From Bacteroidales bacterium (GTDB lineage Bacteria > Bacteroidota > Bacteroidia > Bacteroidales > JAUNSR01), in assembly GCA_036655355.1 (NCBI GenBank), contig JAVVQG010000003.1:206770-270769 (forward strand): a DNA stretch of 64,000 nucleotides, given 5' to 3'. The notes beneath the pieces were generated by a model, which saw nothing but the letters and a program-made list of their open reading frames with translations, made no database searches and was not told where the DNA came from. Position numbers and translations under genes: made by a program. This document shows, piece by piece, positions 30,210-39,387 of this stretch (positions are counted from its first letter, which is position 1; each line of letters begins with the position of its first letter).

Positions 30210-31767
30210 GCGGATAATCGATCGTGTAATGGAGTCCGCGACTCTCTTTCCGTTCGAGTGCTTGTCTCATGATGAGGTATCCCACGTTTACCATGTTGCG
30301 TAACTCGCAGATTTCACGCGAAACCACAGAGCGCTGGAAAAGGCTTTCCGTTTCCTCGTAAATGGTATCCAGACGAACCCAGGCACGTTTCAATCGCAGG
30401 TCTGAGCGAACGATTCCCACATAGGTACTCATAATCTGTCCCACTTCACGGATACTCTGGTTGATCAGAACCATCTCTTCCGGTGAACGGGTCCCTTCGT
30501 CGTTCCAATCGGGTACGGCCGTTTTATAATCGAGCGTGTCGATACGTTCCAGCGTATGTTGGGCAGCTGCGTCGGCATAAACCACCGCCTCGATCAGCGA
30601 GTTCGATGCCAGGCGATTTCCGCCGTGCAGTCCCGTGCACGAACACTCCCCAACCGCGTAGAGACGGTCGATTGAGGAAAGCGCATGGGTATCCACCAAA
30701 ATCCCTCCGCACAGGTAGTGCGCTGCAGGTGCCACCGGAATGTAATCTTTTGTGATGTCGATGCCCAGACTCAGGCACTTCGCATAGATATTCGGAAAAT
30801 GTTTCTTTGTCGTTTCCGGATCCTTGTGGGTCACGTCGAGGTAAACGTGATCTTCGCCGCGCATTTTCATCTCGTTGTCAATGGCACGGGCCACGATGTC
30901 GCGGGGTGCCAGGGAGAGGCGACTATCATACTTCTGCATGAACTCCTTTCCGTCTAACGTACGCAATACGCCGCCATAACCGCGCATCGCTTCGGTGATC
31001 AGAAATGAAGGGCGGTCGCCCGGATGGAAGAGGGCCGTGGGGTGGAATTGTACGAATTCCATATCTTTCACGGTTCCTTTGGCACGGTAAACCATTGCGA
31101 TGCCGTCGCCGGTCGCAACAATCGGATTGGTCGTGGTGAGGTATACCGCACCTACGCCTCCGGTTGCCATGAGGGTCACTTTCGATAAGAACGTATGGAT
31201 CTCACCTGTCTTCTGGTTCAGGATGTAAGCGCCGTAACATTCGATGTCGGGCGTCTGACGGGTTACCGTCTCGCCCAAATGGTGTTGGGTAAGTATTTCA
31301 ATGGCGAAATGATGATCGAACACTTCGATATTCGGATTCTTACGAACAGCGGCGATCAGACTCTCCTGGATCTCCGCTCCCGTATTGTCTTTATGGTGAA
31401 GGATGCGGAATTCCGAGTGGCCGCCCTCACGATGCAAATCGTAATCGCCACTTTCGTTCTTGTCAAAATCCACGCCCCAGTTAACTAATTCATTGATTTG
31501 GGAAGGTGCCTCGCGCACAACTTTCTCAACGGCTTCACGGTCGCTTAGGAAATCGCCCGCAATCATGGTATCTTCAATATGCTTCTCAAAGCTATCCACC
31601 AATAGGTTGGTAACCGACGATACGCCGCCCTGTGCAAAGAAAGTGTTCGCCTCTTCCAGGGTAGTCTTACAGATCAAGGCTACTTTTCCTTTGTTTGCCA
31701 CTTTCAAAGCGAAGCTCATCCCCGCGATTCCCGAACCGATTACTAAGAAATCAAATTTTTGTTGCAT
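30193..31767 (-). CDS. nadB: L-aspartate oxidase
   Basis: IGSGIAG, AQGG, REGGHS..RILH, QFHPT, LITEAMRG, PAAHYLCGG, GLHGGNRLASNSL.E and ESRGLHY. Confidence 0.98.
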   Translation of the reverse strand: MQQKFDFLVIGSGIAGMSFALKVANKGKVALICKTTLEEANTFFAQGGVSSVTNLLVDSFEKHIEDTMIAGDFLSDREAVEKVVREAPSQINELVNWGVDFDKNESGDYDLHREGGHSEFRILHHKDNTGAEIQESLIAAVRKNPNIEVFDHHFAIEILTQHHLGETVTRQTPDIECYGAYILNQKTGEIHTFLSKVTLMATGGVGAVYLTTTNPIVATGDGIAMVYRAKGTVKDMEFVQFHPTALFHPGDRPSFLITEAMRGYGGVLRTLDGKEFMQKYDSRLSLAPRDIVARAIDNEMKMRGEDHVYLDVTHKDPETTKKHFPNIYAKCLSLGIDITKDYIPVAPAAHYLCGGILVDTHALSSIDRLYAVGECSCTGLHGGNRLASNSLIEAVVYADAAAQHTLERIDTLDYKTAVPDWNDEGTRSPEEMVLINQSIREVGQIMSTYVGIVRSDLRLKRAWVRLDTIYEETESLFQRSVVSREICELRNMVNVGYLIMRQALERKESRGLHYTIDYPPTAKK

Positions 31768-31930
31768 AATGGTTGTTTGGTTCTTCGGGAAACATCATTT
31801 TGATACTGTTTCCTCGATTCTATTGGCTACAAAGTTGCAAAAAACGGTTCAGTTAACATTCTTTCTTTCAAATTTATTGAATCATTTTTTGTGATTTATT
31901 TACTATATTGCAGCAAAACGAACAAAACCT

Positions 31931-32347
31931 ATGCAACGAACATTTAAATCAAAAGTAGATAAATTGTACCATTTCATTATGTGGGGACTGGTTGCGCTGA
32001 TCTTTTATTTCTTCTGGCACCGCATGATCGGTATGGGATCAGCCTTTCTGTTATTGCTGGTGGTGATGATGGAATCGCTCTTGCGAACCGATTATATCGT
32101 ATACGGCGATGGGATTCTTTCCGTAAAGAGTGGCTTCTTTCCCCGCTACCGCCTTCTGATCGGCGATATCGTAGAAGTGAAATGCATCCGCAGCAACTCG
32201 TTGGCTTACGCCATGTCTTCCGATCGCCTGCAGTTGATCACCCCCTATGACAGCAGAATGATTTCACCCGAGAACAAAGAGGACTTTATCCGCGAGCTAC
32301 GCAAATACAATCACAACGTGAAAGTAACCGACTGCAGTCGCTCGTAA
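31931..32347 (+). CDS. Bacterial PH-domain membrane protein
   Basis: FKSKVD, two TM segments, then T.Y...A.S.DRL...MISPENKEDFI. Confidence 0.75.
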   Translation: MQRTFKSKVDKLYHFIMWGLVALIFYFFWHRMIGMGSAFLLLLVVMMESLLRTDYIVYGDGILSVKSGFFPRYRLLIGDIVEVKCIRSNSLAYAMSSDRLQLITPYDSRMISPENKEDFIRELRKYNHNVKVTDCSRS

Positions 32348-32393
32348 AAGTAATTACCGCTCCTTCTATCTGAAAAACCATTATACGAAAAAC

Positions 32394-33740
32394 ATGAATT
32401 ACGATTTAGCCATTATCGGTGCCGGTCCTGCGGGATATACGGGCGCCGAACAGGCCGCCAAAGCCGGTCTGTCTGTGATTCTTTTTGAAAAAGAACAAAT
32501 TGGAGGCGTTTGTCTGAACTGGGGATGCATCCCCACCAAGACGCTGCTCTATTCCGCTAAAACTTACGATCACATCCGGAGTGCGGAGAAATACGGAGTT
32601 TCCGTTTCCGGTTTCGCGTACGATCTGCCCAAAATCATCTCCCGTAAAAATAAGATCATCCGGAAGCTAACCGCAGGCATTCGTGCCCGTTTAAAGGCGC
32701 AGGAGGTGACGATTGTAGCCGGTAAAGCGGAAGTGAACGGTTCAAAAGGGGGCGTTTTTGAGATCGCATGCGCCGAAGAGACGTATCAGGCAAAACGGTT
32801 GTTGCTCGCCACCGGATCGGAAACCTTTGTTCCTCCCATCCCGGGAATCGGTGAGGTGCCTTACTGGACCAGTACCGAGGCCCTCGATTCAAAAGAGGTG
32901 CCGGAATCTTTACTCATCGTAGGGGGTGGCGTGATCGGAATGGAATTCGCCTCTTTCTTTAACAGTATGGGATCAAAAGTAACGGTTGTGGAGATGCTCG
33001 ATGAGATTCTCGGTGGCATCGACCACGAGATTTCGGCGCTCCTGCGTGAAGAGTATCGAAAAAAAGGGGTGGAGTTCTTCTTATCCGCCAAGGTGACCGC
33101 ATTCGAGGGCAACAAAGCGCGTTTCCTCCATGAGGGAGAGGAGAAAGAGGTGACCTTCGATAAAGTGCTGATGGCGGCCGGACGACGTCCCGTATTGGAT
33201 TCGGCTGTGATTGCGAACCTGAACCCCGCTTTCGACGGCCGTTTTATCCGGGTGAACGAGCAGATGCAAACCTCCGTTCCGAATGTATATGCTTGCGGTG
33301 ATATCACCGGACGATCCATGTTGGCCCATACCGCCGAACGCGAAGCCAACGTAGCCGTTCATACGATGATCGGAATCGACGATGCGATGAGTTACCGTGC
33401 GATACCGGGGGTGGTGTACACTTCGCCTGAAGTTTCGTCGGTTGGTGCATCGGAAGAGGAGTTGAAACAAAAAGGGATTCCTTATGTCGTAAAGAAATTG
33501 CCGATGAGTTATTCCGGACGTTTCGTGGTGGAGAATGAAGCCGGCAACGGATTGTGTAAGCTATTGATCGGCGATGATGAGGCGATTCTGGGCGCTCATG
33601 TGATCGGATCACCTTCGTCGGAATTCATCGTAGCAGCGGGAATGGCGATCCAAAACGCTCTTTCTGCAGAAGAATGGGCGCGCACGGTCTTCCCGCATCC
33701 TACGGTAAGTGAAATATTCAAAGAGTGTCTGCATGCCTGA
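32394..33740 (+). CDS. lpdA: Dihydrolipoyl dehydrogenase
   Basis: GAGPAGY, GGVCLNWGCIPTK redox disulfide, GGGVIGME, MLAH.A and HPTVSE. Confidence 0.96.
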   Translation: MNYDLAIIGAGPAGYTGAEQAAKAGLSVILFEKEQIGGVCLNWGCIPTKTLLYSAKTYDHIRSAEKYGVSVSGFAYDLPKIISRKNKIIRKLTAGIRARLKAQEVTIVAGKAEVNGSKGGVFEIACAEETYQAKRLLLATGSETFVPPIPGIGEVPYWTSTEALDSKEVPESLLIVGGGVIGMEFASFFNSMGSKVTVVEMLDEILGGIDHEISALLREEYRKKGVEFFLSAKVTAFEGNKARFLHEGEEKEVTFDKVLMAAGRRPVLDSAVIANLNPAFDGRFIRVNEQMQTSVPNVYACGDITGRSMLAHTAEREANVAVHTMIGIDDAMSYRAIPGVVYTSPEVSSVGASEEELKQKGIPYVVKKLPMSYSGRFVVENEAGNGLCKLLIGDDEAILGAHVIGSPSSEFIVAAGMAIQNALSAEEWARTVFPHPTVSEIFKECLHA

Positions 33741-33763
33741 CACTTCCTGCTAAAGTTGGAGGG

Positions 33764-35716
33764 TTACACCATCGGATAGGTAATGACGATGGTGGGACCC
33801 TCTTTTGTTTCCGGCAGAATCTCATATTGACCTCCCATCCGCTCTATCACCAGTCGGTTGAGCTCGTTTCGCATCTTGGTGGATTGGGTCGGGGTGAACG
33901 GATCGGCAAGGGGACTTCCCGCAATGGTCAAGATCAACTGCTCTTTCTTCGCGTTCACAGAGAGGTGGAGATCCACCCTTCCCGGGGTACTTTTCTTATA
34001 AGGCGAGGAGAGGGTCGATTTAATCGTATCCGTCAATCGCACAGAATCGGTATGTATCCGGTGTTCCTTCAGGTTTTCCGGAAACGTGAAGTTTAATTCC
34101 GTGTCTGGTGTCCTTTCCAATGAATGTACTACCTCATCGCAAATCGTTTCCACATCATGGTCTGCGAGATTAAAACGCATCATGCCCGATTCCAAGCGGG
34201 AGAGGTCGAGAATATCGTTGATGAGGCGTATCAGCAGGTCTGAATTGCGTTTTACGATGTTTGAATATTCAGAAATTTCTTTTCGTGAGCTCTGTTCCGT
34301 CGAGAGCAGATCCGAAAAGCCCACCACGGCATTGAGCGGGGTGCGTATTTCGTGACTGATGTTTTTTAAGAATATCGATTTCAATTCATTACTCTTCTCT
34401 ACAATGTAAGTCGCTTCCTCCGTCTCTTTTTTCGAAGCTTGCAACTCCTCTCTGATCCGCTGCAGTTTGATCAGCGAAATGAAAAGCGTCAACAGAACGA
34501 ACAATGCAAAAAGCAATGTGATTCGGCGAAGTGTCGTCTTGTTTTTTTCTTTCTGTAAGGTCGCCTGTTCCAGGTTATACTTGTGTTGGATCTGTTTTAG
34601 TTGCTTGTCTGATACCTGCGTGGTAAGACGGGTACTTCTGGGGATGATCTCCTGATAGAGCGCCAGCGCTTCTTCCGCTTTTCCACACTCCATCAATATG
34701 TCAGCCTTTTGTGTCATCAACTCGAGGTATTGCTGCGGGTATTGCTCTTTCGTCAGTGCAAGTGCCTCCTCATTCGCTGCAAGGGCTTTTTCGGTGTCGC
34801 CGGTCAGCAAGTTGTAATCCCGACACATGCCGAGGTAAACGATCCGATACATGTAATACGTCTTCTCCGGCACATAATAATGCGTGGCACTATCCTTATA
34901 AAGCGTGGCATCGGCCAACTCTTTTTTTCGGATGTAGATATTCGCCTTCATGATATTCATGTAGAGGTAGATGTCATTGTACCCCTCGATAGAGCCGTTT
35001 TTGCTGACACGGATCTTCTCCATGGCATCACTCAACATGTTACAGTACGTCAGCACCTTCTCGTTATTATTCAACAAGTCGTAGGTTGAGGTGAGTTGCA
35101 GTGTAATCTCCAGGGTGGAAATCGGGTTTTCTTTGTCTATCAACTGATATGCTTTTTCAAGCATCTGCGCACCTTCCTCCAATCGGCCGCTCCCTAAGTA
35201 TGCCGTTCCGATAGAGCTATAAGCAGATATCTTCCCATTCGGATTATCCAGTTTCTCTGCCTCCTCCATCATTCGGGAAGCCTCGTCAACGGCGAATTCA
35301 TACTCTTCATTCATCGAATAGAGGTCGATCACAAAGCGTTGACCGTTGAAATACTCATAATACATTTTAGCTTCGAGCGCTTTCGGCTTCATCCGGTCTT
35401 TCCATTCGGTAGCTTCCTTTAAATTATCGTAATTGTAATGATAAACAATATGGTAATAAAGTGCCTTCGCTTCATATGCCAAATTGTTTTGTCGCACCGA
35501 TTCCTCTAATAAAAGGTTTGATAAAAATAAAAAGTCATCTGTGTTTTGTTTCGAAATAGCCAATTTAACGATGTAATCCAATCGGGCGGTATCCGCTTCT
35601 ATTTTTCGGATATGGGCACAAAGACTGTCTTTCTCCTGTTGGGTGAAAGTGGTGTATTGAGATGCTTCTGCCGCTCCACATAGAAATAATAATAGAATGA
35701 AGAGGACTCTGTTCAT
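33764..35716 (-). CDS. Sensor histidine kinase-like protein (TPR-like periplasmic sensor, HisKA, degenerate HATPase)
   Basis: Signal peptide, helical repeats, TM, H-box ISHEIRTPLNAVVGFS. No N, G1 or G2 boxes in the C-terminal domain. Confidence 0.85.
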   Translation of the reverse strand: MNRVLFILLLFLCGAAEASQYTTFTQQEKDSLCAHIRKIEADTARLDYIVKLAISKQNTDDFLFLSNLLLEESVRQNNLAYEAKALYYHIVYHYNYDNLKEATEWKDRMKPKALEAKMYYEYFNGQRFVIDLYSMNEEYEFAVDEASRMMEEAEKLDNPNGKISAYSSIGTAYLGSGRLEEGAQMLEKAYQLIDKENPISTLEITLQLTSTYDLLNNNEKVLTYCNMLSDAMEKIRVSKNGSIEGYNDIYLYMNIMKANIYIRKKELADATLYKDSATHYYVPEKTYYMYRIVYLGMCRDYNLLTGDTEKALAANEEALALTKEQYPQQYLELMTQKADILMECGKAEEALALYQEIIPRSTRLTTQVSDKQLKQIQHKYNLEQATLQKEKNKTTLRRITLLFALFVLLTLFISLIKLQRIREELQASKKETEEATYIVEKSNELKSIFLKNISHEIRTPLNAVVGFSDLLSTEQSSRKEISEYSNIVKRNSDLLIRLINDILDLSRLESGMMRFNLADHDVETICDEVVHSLERTPDTELNFTFPENLKEHRIHTDSVRLTDTIKSTLSSPYKKSTPGRVDLHLSVNAKKEQLILTIAGSPLADPFTPTQSTKMRNELNRLVIERMGGQYEILPETKEGPTIVITYPMV

Positions 35717-37671
35717 TAGATCGAATGCTTTGTTGTTTGTGTATTTCCTATTTCACGATCCTTATCCGGTGCAGTCGGATTCGATTTCTGTTTCACGGGA
35801 TGCGTGAAGATGAACCTGGCGCCCCTCTTATAATCGGGATCAATCCAGATGCGTCCCCCCAGTCTCTCAATAATCAACTGACAAATCGAGAGACCGATAC
35901 CGCTTCCTTGTGCATGCTCGTTCAGTTTCGCAAATCGCTCAAAAATTTGTTTCTGTTTTTCAGACGGGATCCCGCTGCCGGTATCGGTTACGGCGAAACG
36001 CACCCAATCGGGCGATTCCTGCTCCACAGAGAGGGTAATGCTTCCCTGCGGGGTGAATTTCGTAGCATTCACCAACAGGTTGATGAGCATTTGTTGCAGA
36101 CGTGCCGTATCCGTTTCGATCTGCAACGAACGAAGCGAACTTTCCAGTTTCACTTCGGCTGATGTTTGTTTGATTTTATTCAGGGTATCAATGACGCCGT
36201 CGCACAAGTAAAGCACATCGCACGATTCGATATTGAAGGTCATCTCGCCCAGATCGAGCCGCGAAAGGTCAATTACGTCATTGATCAGCTTCAGCAGCAG
36301 ATCCGAATTCATTCGGATAATCTCATTACTCTGCTTACGGGTTTCGTCGTCCACATCTTCCATGGAGAGAAGCGAGGAGAAGCCGACGATCGCATTTAAC
36401 GGGGTGCGGATCTCGTGACTCATATTCGACAAAAAGATACTTTTACTCCGGATGGAATCTTCCGCTTTCTCCTTTATGTTCAAAAGATTCTCCTTTACCT
36501 CCAGCAGTTTCCTGTTTTTGAAGCGGATGTAAAGAATGATACAAAAAATAATGAGGGCGAAAAGAAAGATGAAAAGAATACTTTGAGTTAGCAATCTGTT
36601 TTGCTCCGTCTTATTCTCCAGTTCGATGCGGTCCACCTGGTATTTGGCGCGCAGGATGTTGATCTGTCGGGTGTAACTGGTTTGGGCGATCGAATCAGTC
36701 TTCAATTTTATTTTCTGATAGATGCGGCACGCTTCCATCGGCCGGTCCATCTTCTCCAACAGCTTCGCTTTGTCTCTGAAGATACCCATTTGTCGGAAAG
36801 TACCGGAATATACGTCTGCTTTCTCCAAGGTCTTATCGTAATTCTCCAGTGCACGCCTGTAATTTCCCGTCATCACATAATAGCGGGCATAGAGGTGGTT
36901 GAGGTGGCTGACCAGGTATTCGTACTCTTTGTTTGTGTGATCGAGTTCAATTTTGGAGAGGTAATATTTGGCGGAGTCACCTTTATTCGTTAGAATGTTG
37001 TAAAAAGCCCTCCCCATTATGGCTATGCATTCCGACTTCTCGCTTACTTTGCGGAAGCGTTTCTCTTCCATCTGCTCCAGATAATACAGCGCTTGCTCCT
37101 GCTCGTTTAATGCAAGAGAGACATTGTATAGCTGATAAATCACCAGTCGCTGATAATTTTCCGTATCGGGTATTTTTTGGAGTAGATCGAATGCCTCTTT
37201 GTAAGCGCTAAAAGCATCCTGCATAATTCCCGTAATGAAATAAGCATCCGCGATAGACATTCCGGCAATCGCCATACCCAATTCACTGTGGATCTCTTTT
37301 GCTTTTTTCTGCATTTCGCCCACCTTATCAATCGCTACGCTCAGGTCACCCCGTGTAGCGCGAATGGAGATCAACAAGCGATTCAGTTCAAAATAGTGGG
37401 AATATTCTTTTCGTTCCTCCAACATCGGAATCAGCTGTTTTGACCACGTTGTTACTGAATCTACCGGCGTTTCGTCGTTAAATAGAACACCGTCTTTCGT
37501 TAAATTCAATATCCGTTCCAGACGGATGCTGTCGATCGCTCCCCACCTTCCGGAGTCGGAAAGTAGTTGAATCTCCTCTTGCGGATTTACGGTCATATCG
37601 CTCCCCTTTGCATGCAATGAAAAGAGAGAGAATACCAAACAGAAAAGAAGCGGAAGTAAGAGACGCACCAT
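35716..37671 (-). CDS. Sensor histidine kinase (TPR-like sensor, HisKA, HATPase_c)
   Basis: H-box MSHEIRTPLN, N-box NLLVNATKFT, G1 DTGSGI, F-box IFERF and G2 GSGIGLSI. Confidence 0.93.
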   Translation of the reverse strand: MVRLLLPLLFCLVFSLFSLHAKGSDMTVNPQEEIQLLSDSGRWGAIDSIRLERILNLTKDGVLFNDETPVDSVTTWSKQLIPMLEERKEYSHYFELNRLLISIRATRGDLSVAIDKVGEMQKKAKEIHSELGMAIAGMSIADAYFITGIMQDAFSAYKEAFDLLQKIPDTENYQRLVIYQLYNVSLALNEQEQALYYLEQMEEKRFRKVSEKSECIAIMGRAFYNILTNKGDSAKYYLSKIELDHTNKEYEYLVSHLNHLYARYYVMTGNYRRALENYDKTLEKADVYSGTFRQMGIFRDKAKLLEKMDRPMEACRIYQKIKLKTDSIAQTSYTRQINILRAKYQVDRIELENKTEQNRLLTQSILFIFLFALIIFCIILYIRFKNRKLLEVKENLLNIKEKAEDSIRSKSIFLSNMSHEIRTPLNAIVGFSSLLSMEDVDDETRKQSNEIIRMNSDLLLKLINDVIDLSRLDLGEMTFNIESCDVLYLCDGVIDTLNKIKQTSAEVKLESSLRSLQIETDTARLQQMLINLLVNATKFTPQGSITLSVEQESPDWVRFAVTDTGSGIPSEKQKQIFERFAKLNEHAQGSGIGLSICQLIIERLGGRIWIDPDYKRGARFIFTHPVKQKSNPTAPDKDREIGNTQTTKHSI

Positions 37672-37880
37672 AAATCAGAATTAGAAATTGGTTAATGAAC
37701 AAATAAGTTTGTTTTCTTTTGTTCATAAAATTAACAAAATAAACAAATATATGATGTAGTTTTGAATAGATTCCGATTAAATTTACATGAAATCGCCATA
37801 GTTCTCCGTCTCTCTTCAATGAAGGAGAACAAAACGAAAGGGACCCTATACTTTCGTGAAGAGAAGCACCTGAAGTGAAA

Positions 37881-37964
37881 AAGCAAGGGCGTGGTTCGGT
37901 CGAAGCAAGGCGGTGGCGCGGTCGAAGCAAGCCCTTGGTTCGGTCGAAGCAAGGCGGTGGTTCG
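37881..37964. repeat. 22-bp tandem repeat, about 3.8 copies
   Basis: AAGCAAGGGCGTGGTTCGGTCG / AAGCAAGGCGGTGGCGCGGTCG / AAGCAAGCCCTTGGTTCGGTCG / AAGCAAGGCGGTGGTTCG. Confidence 0.92.
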
Positions 37965-38060
37965 CAGATCGTTGTTTTATATAATTGAGATACAGTGCTT
38001 TGCAATGGTAAAACAAAGGGTCTGATTTGGTTTTATCAAGCCTCACAGCATAATCCCAAT

Positions 38061-38110
38061 AAAAAAGGAGGTTGCCTCGCTCATTCGTAGGAATGAGAGG
38101 CAACCTCCTT
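38061..38110 (-). terminator. Intrinsic terminator downstream of ychF
   Basis: AAGGAGGTTGCCTC/GAGGCAACCTCCTT 14-bp stem with an A-tract on the plus strand. Confidence 0.85.
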
Positions 38111-38162
38111 GGTATTTTTATAACTGAATTACAGCAGGCGAATCGCCTTATCTGCCGATCTA

Positions 38163-39266
38163 TTAAACGTTGAAACGGAAGTGCATGATGTCGCCATCGT
38201 GCGCTACATATTCTTTCCCCTCTACGCTCATCTTGCCGGCTTCTTTACAAGCAGCTTCAGAACCAAGAGCGATGAAATCATCGTATTTGATCACTTCGGC
38301 GCGGATGAATCCTTTTTCGAAATCCGTGTGGATCACACCGGCACACTGTGGTGCTTTGCTACCTTTCAGGTAAGTCCAAGCACGAACTTCCTGAACACCT
38401 ACGGTAAAGTACGTTTCAAGGTCAAGCAATGCGTAAGCCGAACGAATCAGACGAGATACACCCGATTCTTCCAGGCCGATCTCATTCAAGAACATCTGAC
38501 GCTCTTCGTAAGTTTCCAGTTCTGCGATTTCAGATTCGATTTTAGCGGCAACCACAAGGATCTGTGCGTTTTCCTCTTTCACAGCCTCACGAACCATCTC
38601 TACGTATTTGTTTCCGTCTACGGCACTAGCCTCGTCTACGTTACAAACATACATCACCGGTTTGTTGGTCAGAAGGAATAATTCGCGAGCCACTTTCTGT
38701 TCGTCTTTCGTATCGAAAGAAACGGTACGGGCGGCTTTCCCCTGAAGCAAAGCTTCCTGGAATTTTTTCAATACTTCGTACTGAAGTTTCGCTGTTTTAT
38801 CGCCACCGGTCTGAGCCTGTTTCTGAACGCGAGAAATACGACCTTCAATGGTTTCCAGGTCTTTCAGCTGCAATTCGAAATCGATGATTTCTTTATCGCG
38901 GATCGGGTTGATGCTACCGTCGACGTGTGTGATGTTATCATCATCGAAGCAACGAAGTACGTGCAGAATCGCATCCGTCTCACGGATATTCGCAAGGAAC
39001 TTATTTCCAAGCCCTTCCCCTTTCGAAGCACCTTTCACCAATCCGGCGATGTCTACGATCTCAACGGTCGTCGGAACGATACGCTGTGGATGAACCAGTT
39101 CGGAAAGTTTGTTCAAACGATCGTCCGGTACGGTGATAACACCTACGTTCGGTTCGATTGTACAGAATGGAAAGTTTGCAGACTGTGCCTTTGCGTTAGA
39201 TAAGCAGTTAAATAGAGTAGATTTTCCTACGTTCGGTAAACCTACGATACCACATTGTAATGCCAT
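38163..39266 (-). CDS. ychF: Redox-regulated ATPase YchF
   Basis: GIVGLPNVGKSTLFN, NFPFCTIEPN, DIAGLVKGAS.GEGLGN.FL and HTDFEKGFIRAE. Confidence 0.99.
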   Translation of the reverse strand: MALQCGIVGLPNVGKSTLFNCLSNAKAQSANFPFCTIEPNVGVITVPDDRLNKLSELVHPQRIVPTTVEIVDIAGLVKGASKGEGLGNKFLANIRETDAILHVLRCFDDDNITHVDGSINPIRDKEIIDFELQLKDLETIEGRISRVQKQAQTGGDKTAKLQYEVLKKFQEALLQGKAARTVSFDTKDEQKVARELFLLTNKPVMYVCNVDEASAVDGNKYVEMVREAVKEENAQILVVAAKIESEIAELETYEERQMFLNEIGLEESGVSRLIRSAYALLDLETYFTVGVQEVRAWTYLKGSKAPQCAGVIHTDFEKGFIRAEVIKYDDFIALGSEAACKEAGKMSVEGKEYVAHDGDIMHFRFNV

Positions 39267-39387
39267 TGTATAGTATTGTATTTATATTTCGGATCCTTAA
39301 GTGCCTGATTTTTATCAAGCAGCCGCAAAAGTACAAAAAAGATTGCAGATTTATAGGGGGTTGGAAGTTACGAGGCGGAAAAGAAAG

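Noticed and set aside
32394-33740. lpdA without neighbouring E1/E2 genes
   Set aside because: A stand-alone lpdA is common and can serve the glycine cleavage system or complexes encoded elsewhere.
37478-38103. Three short minus-strand ORFs, and a possible CRISPR reading of the 22-bp repeats
   Set aside because: The ORFs simply translate the tandem repeat. The units are contiguous with no spacers and there are no cas genes.
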